The position numbers and the translations under genes were made by a program. 64,000 nt of DNA from Squalus acanthias. Lineage: Eukaryota. The DNA lies in the NCBI GenBank assembly GCA_030390025.1, contig JASTWF010000037.1, positions 310,001-374,000 of the forward strand. The letters are read 5' to 3'. Of this stretch, positions 12,131 through 24,344 are shown piece by piece. The notes beneath the pieces are model-generated. The model was not told the origin of the DNA. It worked only from the letters and a program-made list of their open reading frames with translations, and did no database searches. Position 1 is the first letter of the stretch. The number at the start of each line of letters is the position of its first letter.

Positions 12131-12929
12131 TACTGATGATATGACCGCAGTACATCATTACTGATGACTATACCACCATGCAGCGTGGGTATAGCACTCA
12201 CTAGTACTTCCCAAAGGGGGAGGTTACGGGTTAGTAACACGATTTCCTTCGCACCACCATTGGCGATCACGTCTTCAGCCGCCGAGGCCCAAAGCTCTGG
12301 AATTCCCTCCCTAATCCTCTCCGCTTCTCTCTCCTCCTTAAAACCGACCTCTTTGACCAAGCTTTTGTTCACCTGTCCTAATATCTCCTTATGTGGCTTG
12401 GTGTCAAATTTTGTTTTGATTATGCTCCTGTGAAGCGCCTTGGGGCGTTTTACTATGTTAAAGGCGCTGTATAAGTGCAATGTTGTTGTTGCAGCACCGC
12501 AGTACACAGGGAGGGCAATCTCTTCAGACAAACATCTATAATTAAGTGGCAAGCAGAGTTAGTGCTTCCTGTTCCACTCACTGCTTGAGGTGTGTGCATA
12601 ATTGATACCTTGGGGCGGTTAATGCTAGCTGTCTTGTACAATGGGATACTTGCCTTCATTAGTCGAGGCATAGAATATAAGAGCAGGGAGGTTACGATGG
12701 AGCTGTACAAAACGCTAGTTAGGCCACAGCTGGAATACTGTGTGCAGTTCTGGTTGCCACACTATAGGAGGGATGTGATTGCATTGGAGAGGGTGCAGAG
12801 GAGATTCACCAGGATGTTACCTGGGCTGGAGCGCTTCAGCTATGAGGAGAGACTGGACAGGCTAGGGTTGTTTTCCTTAGAGCAGAGAAGGCTGAGGGGG
12901 ACCTGATTGAGGTGTACAAAATTATGAGG

Positions 12930-13123
12930 TTATAGTCCAACAGCTTTATTTGAAATCACAAGCTTTCGGAACGCTGCTCCTTCGTCAGGTGAAGTGAAGA
13001 GCACCGGACGAAGGAGCAGCGCTCCGAAAGCTTGTGATTTCAAATAAAGCTGTTGGACTATAACCTGGTGTTGTGCGACTTCTCACATTTGTCCACCCCA
13101 GTCCAACACCGGCATCTCCACAT
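12930..13123. mobile_element. Penelope-type terminal-repeat hairpin insertion (family A) nested in a CR1
   Basis: Inverted arms about 12927-12992 and 13002-13067; flanking duplication CAAAATTATGAGG at 12917-12929 and 13124-13136. Confidence 0.85.
12956..12992 (-). ncRNA. Minimal type I hammerhead ribozyme motif (family A)
   Basis: Reverse complement TCAC-CTGACGA-A-GGAGC-AGC-GTTCC-GAAAGCTT-GTGA. Confidence 0.75.
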
Positions 13124-14052
13124 CAAAATTATGAGGGGCATAGATAGGGTAGATAGAAAGGAACTTTTCCCCTTAGTAGAGGGGTCAATAACCAGGGGGC
13201 ATAATTTCAGGGTAAGGGGCAGGAGGTTTAGAGGGGATTTGAGGAAAAACCTTTTCACCCAGAGGGTGGTTGGAATCTGGAACTCACTGCCTGAAAGGGT
13301 GGTAGAGGCAGGAACCCTCACAACATTCAAGAAGCATTTAGATGAGCACTTGAAACGCCATAGCATACAAGGCTACGGACCAAGTGCTGGAAAATGGGAT
13401 TAGAATAGACAGGGCTTGATGGCCGGCGCGGACACGATGGGCCGAAGGGCCTCTTTCTGTGCTGTATAACTCGATGACTATGACTCTAACTTAGACCGAG
13501 CAGAACATTTCCCAGGAAGTCACTGCAGGGAACTGTTCGATACGCTTGCGGCGGCACCATCATTAATCCTCCAGTGCGGACAACTTTATTTTAAAAGCGA
13601 CATTCTCTTTACAAACCCCTTCCCATTTTGCCGTCTCGGTGGAGTCAGCGGACCTCCGCTGGGGCAGTGGTTTGAGAGAAGCTGCAATTAGCCTCGGTGC
13701 ACCACCCCTGGGCTTGGGGGACAGAGGGGGACGGAGGGGGAGAAGCGCTCCCACTGCTGATTGTCGCCCTTTTTTGGCAGAGCGCGTGCGTGCGAGGATT
13801 GGGCTCGGCGGCAATGGCCCCCCCCGGGATCGAGCGGCCCTCTGAGCCGAGGCGCGGAAGGAAGGACGGACGGACACGTCGGGGCAAAGGGGCAGCCAGC
13901 AGCCAAGAACGCCCCGACTTGGCGACGGTCGGTGCTCTCGGGAGAGGAGGAGGAGGAGGAGGAGGAGGGAAGAGAATCGGAAAAAGGCAACAAAAATAAA
14001 AAAGGCAGTGCTAATTTCCGCCGATAAAAAGAGAGAGGTTGCAAAGACTCAC

Positions 14053-14136
14053 CCGGCGCCATTCCGTTGGCCTGGAAGGGGTTGGTGGAAACTGCTTGCG
14101 GCGTAGCAGAGGGAGCAGCAAATGGATTACTGAAAG
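14053..14136 (-). CDS. AGFG2: AGFG2-like coding exon (probable exon 10; two NPF motifs)
   Basis: gtttcag|CT...G|gtgagt; 84 nt; AFSNPFAAPSATPQAVSTNPFQANGMAP. Confidence 0.93.
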
Positions 14137-14496
14137 CTGAAACGCAGGACAGAGAGAGAAAAACAAAAAAAGGGGGAAAAGAAGATTAATGATGTACAGT
14201 GAAAAATACGTTTCACCAGGGAGGGCAGACAAGCACAGAGTGTGGACACTACCCCAAAGACTTGAAGCAACAATCCTTTGGAGGTGGGGGTTTTTTCTCA
14301 AAGTAAAATCCCTCCCTCTCGGCATGGAAACCAGAGCCGGTCTGCCCTTCCGGGGGCCGGGGGGGGGAGGGAGGGGAGTGGAGAGGGGGGCGAGGGCAAG
14401 GGGGAAATGGTACACGTCTGGGAGCAAAGGTTAGGGTAAGAACTTAAGAGCGAGGAAAATAGAATGTGAAAGGGAATGGTTTATAAGGTAGGATAC

Positions 14497-14570
14497 CTCC
14501 AAAGCTCGATGCGTTGGTGGTGGCAGCTTGCTGTGCAGGCACTTGGCTTCCACTCATCGTCCCGGAGATA
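14497..14570 (-). CDS. AGFG2: AGFG2-like coding exon (probable exon 9)
   Basis: ggtttcag|T...G|gtatcc; 74 nt, phase 2-1; SISGTMSGSQVPAQQAATTNASSFG; not in the ORF track. Confidence 0.85.
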
Positions 14571-14631
14571 CTGAAACCAAAATAAGAACAGGAGAATCTT
14601 TAGCAACTGGTAATTGATTCAAACAATATAA

Positions 14632-15976
14632 AGGGAGCTTTACTGTGTATCTAACCCGTGCAGTACCTGTCCCTGGCAGTGTTTGATGGGACAGTGTAGA
14701 GGGAGCTTTACTGTGTATCTAACCCGTGCAGTACCTGTCCCTGGGAGTGTTTGATGGGACAGTGTAGAGGGAGCTTTACTCTGTATCTAACCCGTGCTGT
14801 AGCTGCCCCGGGAGTGTTTGATGGGACAGTGTAGAGGGAGCTTTACTCTGTATCTAACCCGTGCTGTACCTGCCCTGGGAGTGTTTGATGGGACAGTGTA
14901 GAGGGAGCTTTACTCTGTATCTAACCCGTGCTGTACCTGCCCTGGGAGTGTTTGATGGGGACAGTGTAGAGGGAGCTTTACTCTGTATCTAACCCGTGTT
15001 GTACCTGCCCTGGGAGTGTTTGATGGGGACAGTGTAGAGGGAGCTTTACTCTGTATCTAACCCGTGCTGTACCTGCCCCGGGAGTGTTTGATGGGACAGT
15101 GTAGAGGGAGCTTTACTCTGTGTCTAACCCGTGCTGTACCTGCCCCGGGAGTGTTTGATGGGACAGTGTAGAGGGAGCTTTACTCTGTATCTAACCCGTA
15201 CTGTACCTGCCCTGGGAGTGTTTGATGGGACAGTGTAGATTTAGCTTTACTCTGTATCTAACCCATGCTGTACCTGCCCTTGGAGTGTTTGAAGGGACAG
15301 TGTAGAGGGAGCTTTACTCTGTATCTAACCCGTGGTCTACCTGCCCTGGGAGTGTTTGATGGGACAGTGTAGAGGGAGCTTTACTCTGTATCTAACTCGT
15401 GCTGTACCTGCCCTGGGAGTGTTTGATGGGACAGTGTAGAGGGAGCTTTGCTCTGTATCTAACCCCGTGCTGTACCTGCCCTGGGAGTGTTTGATGGGAC
15501 AGTGTAGAGGGAGCTTTACTCTGTATCTAACCCCGTGCTGTACCTGCCCTGGGAGTGTTTGATGGGACAGTGCAGAGGGAGCTTTACTGTGTATCTAACC
15601 CGTGCTCTACCTGTCCTGGGATTGTTTGATGGGACAGTGTAGAGGGAGCTTTACTCTGTATCTAACCCGTGCTGTACCTGCCCTGGGAGTGTTTGATGGG
15701 ACAGTGTAGAGGGAGTTTTACTCTGCATCTAACCCATGCTGTACCTGTCCTGGGAGTGTTTGATGGGACAGTGTAGAGGGAGCTTTACTCTGTATCTAAC
15801 CCGTGCTGTACCAGCCCTGGGAGTGTTTGATGGGACAGTGTAGAGGGAGCTTTACTCTGTATCTAACCCGTGCTGTACCTGCCCTGGGAGTGTTTGATGG
15901 GACAGTGTAGAGGGAGCTTTACTCTGTATCTAACCCGTGCTGTACCTGCCCTGGGAGTGTTTGACGGGACAGTGTA
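14632..15976 (+). repeat. 67/68-bp minisatellite, about 20 copies
   Basis: Unit AGGGAGCTTTACTCTGTATCTAACCCGTGCTGTACCTGCCCTGGGAGTGTTTGATGGGACAGTGTAG. Confidence 0.97.
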
Positions 15977-16526
15977 TTACAGAGAATGTACAGCACAGAA
16001 ACAGGCCATTCAGTCCATGCCGGCGTTTATGCTCCACTCAAGCCTCCTCCCAACCTTCCTCACCTAACTCTATCAGCATAACCCTTGATTCCTTTCTCCC
16101 TCATTCACTTACCTAGCTTCCCCTTAAATGCAATTATACTATTCGCCTCAACCACTCCCTGTGGTAGCGAGTTTCACATTCCCAGGGAAAAGAAGTCTCT
16201 TCTGAATTGGATTTCTTGGAGACTATTTTATATTGATGGCCTGCCTGTAGTTTTGTTCTTCCCCAGAAGTGCTGGATGCTGACAGCTCAATGGGGTAGCT
16301 CTTGACTTTGTGTGATGGTGTAAATCAGGTGCTAGCCGTGACGATGGCACTGAAGTCAACAGAAATCAAAATGGGGAGAGATGTAACAATTGCACAAGCG
16401 CGCAAGGCCAAGATCTACCCCGAGGTGTACAATTCCCCAGCACGAACATCGCAATAATGACCAGAAAAAAAAAGTTGAAATGAAAAAGGAGAGGCTGAGA
16501 GGGAAGAGGAGAGGTCTCCACCATAC

Positions 16527-16671
16527 CTGCTAGTGCCAACGCTGGCATTACTTGAAGGCACTCCGATACTGAAGACGCTGCTGTACTCGGCTCCTGTATA
16601 CTGGCTCGACGAGACTGTGGGTTGGCCACTGGACGCCGAAGAGGTGAAACTAAAGCCAGACATCTGACCGC
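16527..16671 (-). CDS. AGFG2: AGFG2-like coding exon (probable exon 8; alternative acceptor would start at 16674)
   Basis: gagcagcag|GC...AG|gtatgg; 145 nt (148 nt with first CAG), phase 1-2; GGQMSGFSFTSSASSGQPTVSSSQYTGAEYSSVFSIGVPSSNASVGTS. Confidence 0.85.
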
Positions 16672-18105
16672 CTGCTGCTCGGAAACATCAGGGAACAAGG
16701 AAAGAAAGTTAATGGGCTCCCGTTTTCTCCCACAGGTGCTGGGGTGCTGTACCACAGGCACCGTCTCCCCTCCGCCCCCCAACCCCCACCTCTGTACTTC
16801 ACCCAAGTGATCATCCCCCTGGACAGTGAAGGTCACTCAACTGTAGGAGAATGTCACAACAGCCCAAGGGTGGGCCTAAGCCTCATTCAACAGGGCTCGT
16901 GGAGTACGGATCAGGAGCAGGCCAATTTCCCTCCCCCCCCCCCCCCGCCCCCACCGCCACCCACCCCACCCCACCGTGCCGAAGCTAATTGTCGAGGGAC
17001 AAGCCATTGCCCCTGCTGAGATCAGCAGGCTCCACAACAAACTTGGCACCTTCCTGCTTCAACAGCAACAACTTGTATTTATACAGCGCCTTAAAACGTC
17101 CCGCGGCGCTTCACAGGAGCGATTATCAGACAAAAATCTGACACCGAGCCACATAAGGAGATATTAGGACAGGTGACCAAAAGCTTGGTCAAAGAGGTTG
17201 GTTTTAATGAGCGTCTTGTAGGAGGAGAGAGAGAGGCGGAGAGGTTTAGGGAGGGAATTCCAGAGCTTAGGGCCTCGACAGCTGAAGGCACGGCCGCCAA
17301 TGGTGGAGCGATGAAAATCGGGGATGTGCAAGAGGCCAGAATTAGAGGAGCGCAGAGATCTCGGGGGAGGGTTGTGGGGTTGGAGGAGGTTACACAGATA
17401 GGGAGGGGCGAAGCCACGGGAGGGGGGGGGGATTTGAAAAACAAGGATGGGATTTTTTTTTAATTTTTTTTAATCGAGGTGGGAGCCAATGTAGGTCAGG
17501 AGCACAGGGGGTGATGGGTGAACGGGACTTGGTGCGAGTTAGGACACGGGGGCAGCAGAGTTTTGGATGAGCTCAAGTTTACGGAGGATGGAAGGTGAGA
17601 GGCCGGCCAGGAGAGCGTCGGAATCGTCTAGTCTGGAGGGGACAAAGGCACGGACGAGGGTTTCAGCAGCAGATGAGCTGAGCCGGGGGTGGAATCGGGT
17701 CTGGTGTAACTCCACATTTTACTAACTAAGCCACAGAGAGGGGCTGAGGAAAGTTGGAATGACCCAACAATAGGCAAGGCTGATAAATCAATCCTGTACT
17801 GTCGGGAATACACAGAGTGGGTCAGAGTTTCTACAAGTAAAGATGGACAGTCTGCAAAGCTTATTCCCACAACACAGACAGAAACTGAGCAAAAAGCAGA
17901 TTTTGCCCAATTACGATCCAACTGCTGAAATGTGGTCCCGTCCCTTGGGCAGGGGAGAGAGAGAGTTTGGCTGTTGGGTTGATTGCGTTTAGCGCACAAG
18001 TTTAAAATCAGAAAACTAGAGATATTTTTGCTTCCATCAGGATTTTGTATGTTAACATCCTGAAACAAAAATCTATTTTTTTTTTAAATTATCCTGGATA
18101 GTTCT

Positions 18106-19122
18106 GGGATTCCATACAATGGGAGTGAATGGGAAGGGGTTTGGTCCATTGGGATTCTGTACAATGGGAATGAATGGGAAGGAATTTGGTCCATTGGGAT
18201 TCTACACAGTGGGAGTGAATGGGAAGGAGTTTGGTCCATTGGGATTCTGTACAATGGGAGAGAATGGGAAGGGGTTTGGTCCATTGGGATTCTGTACAAT
18301 GGGAGACAATGGGAAGGAGTTTGGTCCATTGGGATTCTATATAGTGGGAATGAATGGGTAGGAGTTTGGTCCATTGGGATTCTACACAGTGGGAGTGAAT
18401 GGGAAGGGGTTTGGTCCATTGGGATTCTGTACAATGGGAGTGAATGGGAAGGGGTTTGGTCCATTGGGATTCTATACAATGGGAGTGAATGGGAAGGGGT
18501 TTGGTCCATTGGGATTCTGTACACTGGGAGTGAATGGGAAGGGGTTTGGTCCATTGGGATTCTATACAATGGGAGTGAATGGGAAGGAGTTTGGTCCATT
18601 GGGATTCTGTACAATGGGAGTGAAAGGGAAGGGGTTTGGTCCATTGGGATTCTGTACAATGGGAGTGAATGGGAAGGGGTTTGGTCCATTGGGATTCTGT
18701 ACAATGGGAAGGAGTTTGGTCCATTGGGATTCTATATAGTGGGAATGAATGGGTAGGAGTTTGGTCCATTGGGATTCTACACAGTGGGAGTGAATGGGAA
18801 GGGGTTTGGTCCATTGGGATTCTGTACAATGGGAGTGAATGGGAAGGGGTTTGGTCCATTGGGATTCTGTACAATGGGAGAGAATGGGAAGGAGTTTGGT
18901 CCATTGGGATTCTATACAATGGGAGTGAATGGGAAGGGGTTTGGTCCATTGGGATTCTGTACAATGGGAGTGAATGGGAAGGGGTTTGGTCCATTGGGAT
19001 TCTGTACAATGGGAGTGAATGGGAAGGGGTTTGGTCCATTGGGATTCTACACAGTAGGAGTGAATGGGAAGGGGTTTGGTCCATTGGGATTCTGTACATT
19101 GGGAATGAATGGGAAGGGGTTG
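18106..19122. repeat. 45-bp G-rich minisatellite, about 22 copies
   Basis: Unit GGGATTCTGTACAATGGGAGTGAATGGGAAGGGGTTTGGTCCATT. Confidence 0.97.
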
Positions 19123-20425
19123 GGGATGGGTTTGCATGGGGATTGGAGCGACAGCGAGTGACAGTCAGCTACAGGAGGATCAGTGAGTGGCAGCTGTCGG
19201 GGCGTGCGTCCGTCAGAACCTTGGAGGGCGGCAAATAGCAGAAACCAGATTTCAGGTCCCCCACGCCACCGAATGAACGACGCCAACCGGAGAGCTATTC
19301 GGTCTGGCATCGACTGCCTGTCCCTAGATGCCCTGAGAAGTAGGGTGGGCCTTCTGCTTGTAACAACTGCAGGATTGCGGTGATGACGTTCATTATTGTG
19401 TTTTGTAGTGGAGTTTAAAAAAAAATATATATAAACACAACTGAGGGGCCTGTTTAGGCTGTTTTAGAGAGCAGTGGCGTAGCGCGTGCAAGCCAGGAGA
19501 GTTCCAGTTCCCCGAAGGCCGTTCGCGAGCCAATTGTGCCTTTACTGCACTCCCGCAGCTGCCATGGTCATTTTGCTCTGGCGCCAGCCCTCAAATGACC
19601 AGATATAAATCGAATAAGATTTCGCGATTTGCCAGGAGGGAGATTTGACCCAGCAGTTACTACCCAGTGGCGGACCTACCCAACACCCTCTGTGCGCGTC
19701 AGGGAAAACCGGACCAGTTGCAGAGTGACGCGGCAGTGAACAGATTGTGAGGTGCACAAAGTATCTTCGATGGTCTCAACGCTTCATTCAAATCTACAGG
19801 TCCGGACATGGGAGCTCAATTAAAGTTCAAAGTGAGCATGTTTACGAAGGCAGTGTCTGGAATGGTAGAGACGTACAGAACAGCGAAGTCCCCAGGCAAC
19901 ATCAAGCAAGGTCCAGTGGACAACATTGGCAATGGTATATCACTAGCTGACCAGAAAACGTGAAACTACTTGCGGCTGATAAAACACCGACAAACACCCA
20001 GGCCAGTCATACTGCGTAGGCAACTCAACATCCAACACAAGCGGTCAGGGAGTTACACGAACAGGAGTAGGCCCTTCAGCCCCTCGAGCCTGTTCCGTTT
20101 AGCTCCATTTGCCCGCCTTGGTTCCGTAACCCCAGATACGCTTGCCAAACAAAATTATAAATATTTAGGACATGAAGTGCGTCCTACCATCCCATGAAGA
20201 CAGCAGGACATGACAGTCATGTCAGCGATCTGTGTGATCTGTCAACGGTCCCGTTTGGATTGAATCGCTCCCTGACTGACTAAATATGTCAAGGACAGGG
20301 ATTGCAAGCCGCAGCTTACAGAGATGGTGGTCCAATCACATTGTTTTTTGCTCACTGATGAGTAATATTTTAGCGTCGGGCAAAAAATAGCTTCCCCTTT
20401 TTAGGCACCCAATGTTAGCATCAGG

Positions 20426-21832
20426 ACACTCCAAAGGCAGCTACAGCGCAGGTTAGATCCAGAGTAAAGCTCCCTCTACACTGTCCCCATCAAACACTCC
20501 CAGGGCAGGTACAGCACGGGTTAGATCCAGAGTAAAGCTCCCTCTACACTGTCCCCATCAAACACTCCCAGGGCAGGTACAGCACGGGTTAGATCCAGAG
20601 TAAAGCTCCCTCTACACTGTCCCCATCAAACACTCCCAGGGCAGGTACAGCACGGGTTAGATACAGAGTAAAGCTCCCTCTACACTGTCCCCATCAAACA
20701 CTCCCAGGGCAGGTACAGCACGGGTTAGATCCAGAGTAAAGCTCCCTCTACACTGTCCCATCAAACACTCCCAGGGCAGGTACAGCACGGGTTAGATACA
20801 GAGTAAAGCTCCCTCTACACTGTCCCCATCAAACACTCCCAGGGCAGGTACAGCACGGGTTAGATCCAGAGTAAAGCTCCCTCTACACTGTCCCCATCAA
20901 ACACTCCCAGGGCAGGTACAGCACGGGTTAGATACAGAGTAAAGCTCCCTCTACACTGTCCCCATCAAACACTCCCAGGGCAGGTACAACGTGGGTTAAA
21001 TACAGAGTAAAGCTCCCTCTACACTGTCCCATCAAACACTCCCAGGGCAGGTACAGCACGGGTTAGATACAGAGTAAAGCTCCCTCTACACTGTCCCATC
21101 AAACACTCCCAGGGCAGGTACAGCACGGGTTAGATACAGAGTAAAGCTCCCTCTACACTGTCCCATCAAACACTCCCAGGGCAGGTACAGCATGGGTTAG
21201 ATACAGAGTAAAGCTCCCTCTACACTGTCCCATCAAACACTCCCAGGGCAGGTACAGCACGGATTAGATCCAGAGTAAAGCTCCCTCTGCACTGTCCCAT
21301 CAAACACTCCCAGGGCAGGTACAGCACGGGTTAGATACAGAGTAAAGCTCCCTCTACACTGTCCCATCAAACACTCCCAGGGCAGGTACAGCACGGGTTA
21401 GATATAGAGTAAAGCTCCCTCTACACTGTCCCATCAAACACTCCCAGGGCAGGTACAGCACGGGTTAGATACAGAGTAAAGCTCCCTCTACACTGTCCCC
21501 ATCAAACACTCCCAGGGCAGGTACAGCACGCGTTAGATACAGAGTAAAGCTCCCTCTACACTGCCCCATCAAACACTCCCAGGGCAGGTACAGCACAGGT
21601 TAGATACAGAGTAAAGCTCCCTCTACACTGTCACATCAAACACTCCCAGGGCAGGTACAGCGCAGGTTAGATACAGAGTAAAGCTCCCTCTACAGGGTCC
21701 CATCAAACACTCCCAGGGCAGGTACAGCACGGGTTAGATACAGAGTAAAGCTCCCGCTACACTGCCCCATCAAACACTCCCGGGGCAGGTACAGCACAGG
21801 TTAGACACAGAGTAAAGCTCCCTCTACACTGT
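20426..21832 (-). repeat. Same 67/68-bp minisatellite in opposite orientation, about 21 copies
   Basis: Unit is the reverse complement of the 14632-15976 unit. Confidence 0.97.
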
Positions 21833-22944
21833 TCCAGGAATGTGTCTCAGCCCCAAAACAGCTAAAAGTAATGATCGCTCCCAGCCACTGCCAAGTCAGG
21901 CTGGGATTGTGCCAGGAGGCTCCCCTGTCTGCCTGGCCTGATATCAAGGGGAGGTGTCGTTACCCATTAATCCAATGCAGACATGCAGAAGGTGGAGGAG
22001 CTCGAATGTCCTGGCTCCAGGTCAGACCTGCCCATCGCACTCCGCCCGACAGCTCTCCCAACCTAGTCAGGAGGCTGCCGGATCGCCAGTGCGTGGCAAC
22101 CAGCGCCCGACGCTGCCGGCAGATCTTTCGACTACGCTCCTCCAGGGTCACGAAGAGCAGGGAGACCTGCCAACAGCTACGACGCGTCCTTTCAGAGCTA
22201 GGCGCTTTGCGTGTACTCGAGGCGATTCGCCCAGTAACCAGGCTGAACTTGTGCAAAGGACAGGTCGGGGGAACCGGGCGTCAGCACCCTTTTTGAATGA
22301 AAGTAAAAAAAAAAATAAAAGTGGGGTGGACAACACAATACGGGCAATATGCAGCTGGCAAGCTTGCTGGGTAACTGGACTGCACGGTGAGGTATAAAGC
22401 CATACAGACCGAGAAAGCTCACGGGTTTAATTCCCTCCCTGATCTGGGCTGATGTCTTCAGTCAGCGCTGCGGCTGAAAGCCTACAATTGGCGTCAGCAG
22501 CTCTGGGATGGGGGGACCAGTCGGGGGATCTCCATCCAGAGATACCCAACGGCATCAATCGCCAAGCATCACTCAATGTCCATGCCCAGACAGGAAGAAT
22601 CAGATTTGGACGTTGCACTAGGGGGGGGGGGCCGGCGTTACCAATAGAACCGTATCCCAGCAAGGACTCAGCACCTCAGAGTTTGGGAGGGGGGAAGCAG
22701 AAATAGTACCTGAAGCCTAGCAACGAAACAGAGTAGATGGGTCAAACAAACAGGTGGGTTCTTTTATTCAGGACCTAGACTGTCGTTTGCAAGGGTTCTT
22801 TTTGTTTTTTAAATTAATTCCTGGGATGTGGGCATCTATCGCTGGCAAGGCCAGCATTTATTGCCCATCCCTAATTTCCCTTGAGAAGGGTGGTGGTGAG
22901 CTGTTGCCTTGACAACTGAGTGGCTTACTCGGCCATTTCAGAGG

Positions 22945-23169
22945 TCATGATGTGGAGATGCCGGTGTTGGACTGGGGTGGACAAAAATGAGAAGTCGCAC
23001 AACACCAGGTTATAGTCCAACAGTTTTATTTGAAATCACGAGCTTTCGGAGCGCTGCTCCTTCGTCAGGTAACTCACTTCACCTGACGAAGGGGCAGCAG
23101 CTCCGAAAGCTCATGATTTCAAATAAAACTGTTGGACTATAACCTGGTGTTGTGCGACTTCTCATTTTT
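22945..23169. mobile_element. Family A hairpin insertion with two opposed hammerhead cores
   Basis: Inverted arms meeting near 23070-23080; duplication ATTTCAGAGG at 22935-22944 and 23170-23179; uninterrupted copy of the host repeat at about 28715-29095. Confidence 0.85.
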
Positions 23170-24134
23170 ATTTCAGAGGGCAGTTAAGAGTCAACCACAT
23201 TGCTGTGGGTCTGGAGTCACACATCGGCCAGACCGGATAAGGACGGCAGATTTCCTTCCCTAAAGGACATTATTGAACCAGATGGGTTTTTACAACAATC
23301 CGATAGTTCCATGGTCACCATTACTGATACTAGCTGTTTATTCCAGATTTATTTAATTAATTGAATTTAAGTTCCCCAGCTGCCGTGGTGGGATCATTAG
23401 TCCAGGCCTACTGGATTACTAACCCAGTGACATTACCGCTATGCTACCATCTGGCACTGGTCCTCATTACACTGCGGCCATATTGCGAGCAAAGGGCTGT
23501 GTTTGCACAGATTGGGTAGTTGGGTGGTGGGGAGGGGGGGAGGCGATGCTGGAGGAGACCTGCACTGGAACCGCCCCCATTCCCCCTGACCCCGTCATTC
23601 CATTCTTCCTTCGGGTTTACGCGCCTCTTTTGATTCTTCACCCCTCCTCCGATTTCTCTTCCCGCAAGGGCTGAGGGACAGCCCCATTGGTGCCGGCTGA
23701 TCTCCGGTGCCTCGGCCGCACATCCCGTCGTTCGACAGTGAGGGGCTCGCTATTCAACTATGATTGTGGGGAGGGGGGGGGGTGGGGGGTGGGCGCACGC
23801 ACGACAGCCGGGGCCGGATCCCGCTCTCGCCCGGCCCGACGCACGCACTCGCTTTCCAGTAGGAGGGTCGTTGGATTAAACCGAAACCCTGGCCAGTGTC
23901 TCCCTTCCGACTCCAAGCCAACTACAGGAACCTCGGACGCTGTCCTGGCTCGAGACCAGACAACTCGGGACCGACCAGGGAATGGGACTTGGGGGAGCCC
24001 CGCCCGGCCTGTGTGACCCAGTCCCTGCACGCTCGCCTCTCTGGTCTGTCTAGAACTCTTGTCATTTTTTATCCCCCCCCCCGCCCCTCCCCCTCCCACC
24101 ACCCCGCCTCCACCGCCATTTCACTGTCGCTTAC

Positions 24135-24344
24135 CTGGAGTGGACTTAGGGGCATTAAAGATGCTTTCTAAATCTGCGAGCGCCGCGTATTTGTCGGCCT
24201 GCGAGGCGGCATGTTTACCGGAGGTGGCGGCCGTCGAAGCTGCGGGCACGGACGTGGCGTGAGGGCTAGTGAACGCTCCGAAACTAGTGCTGGAAGATTT
24301 TGGGAAGGTATCAAAGTTTGCAAAGTTAGCGCTGCTCGTACCAC
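24135..24344 (-). CDS. AGFG2: AGFG-family coding exon (probable exon 7; DKYAAL motif)
   Basis: long pyrimidine tract...aacag|GT...G|gtaagc; 210 nt; GGTSSANFANFDTFPKSSSTSFGAFTSPHATSVPAASTAATSGKHAASQADKYAALADLESIFNAPKSTP. Confidence 0.92.

Larger units (their letters stand above)
12640..13490 (+). mobile_element. CR1 LINE 3' fragment interrupted by hairpin insertion
   Basis: [11 protein letters not shown] upstream and KIMRGIDRVD...WNSLP downstream of 12930-13123. Confidence 0.9.

Noticed and set aside
18084..19238. Long ORFs up to 336 aa on both strands
   Set aside because: Translation of the 45-bp minisatellite
14632..21832. CRISPR-like appearance of regular arrays
   Set aside because: No unique spacers, no cas genes, vertebrate context
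21870..22420. GC-rich non-repetitive region with several overlapping ORFs
   Set aside because: No recognisable protein, splice pattern or element ends
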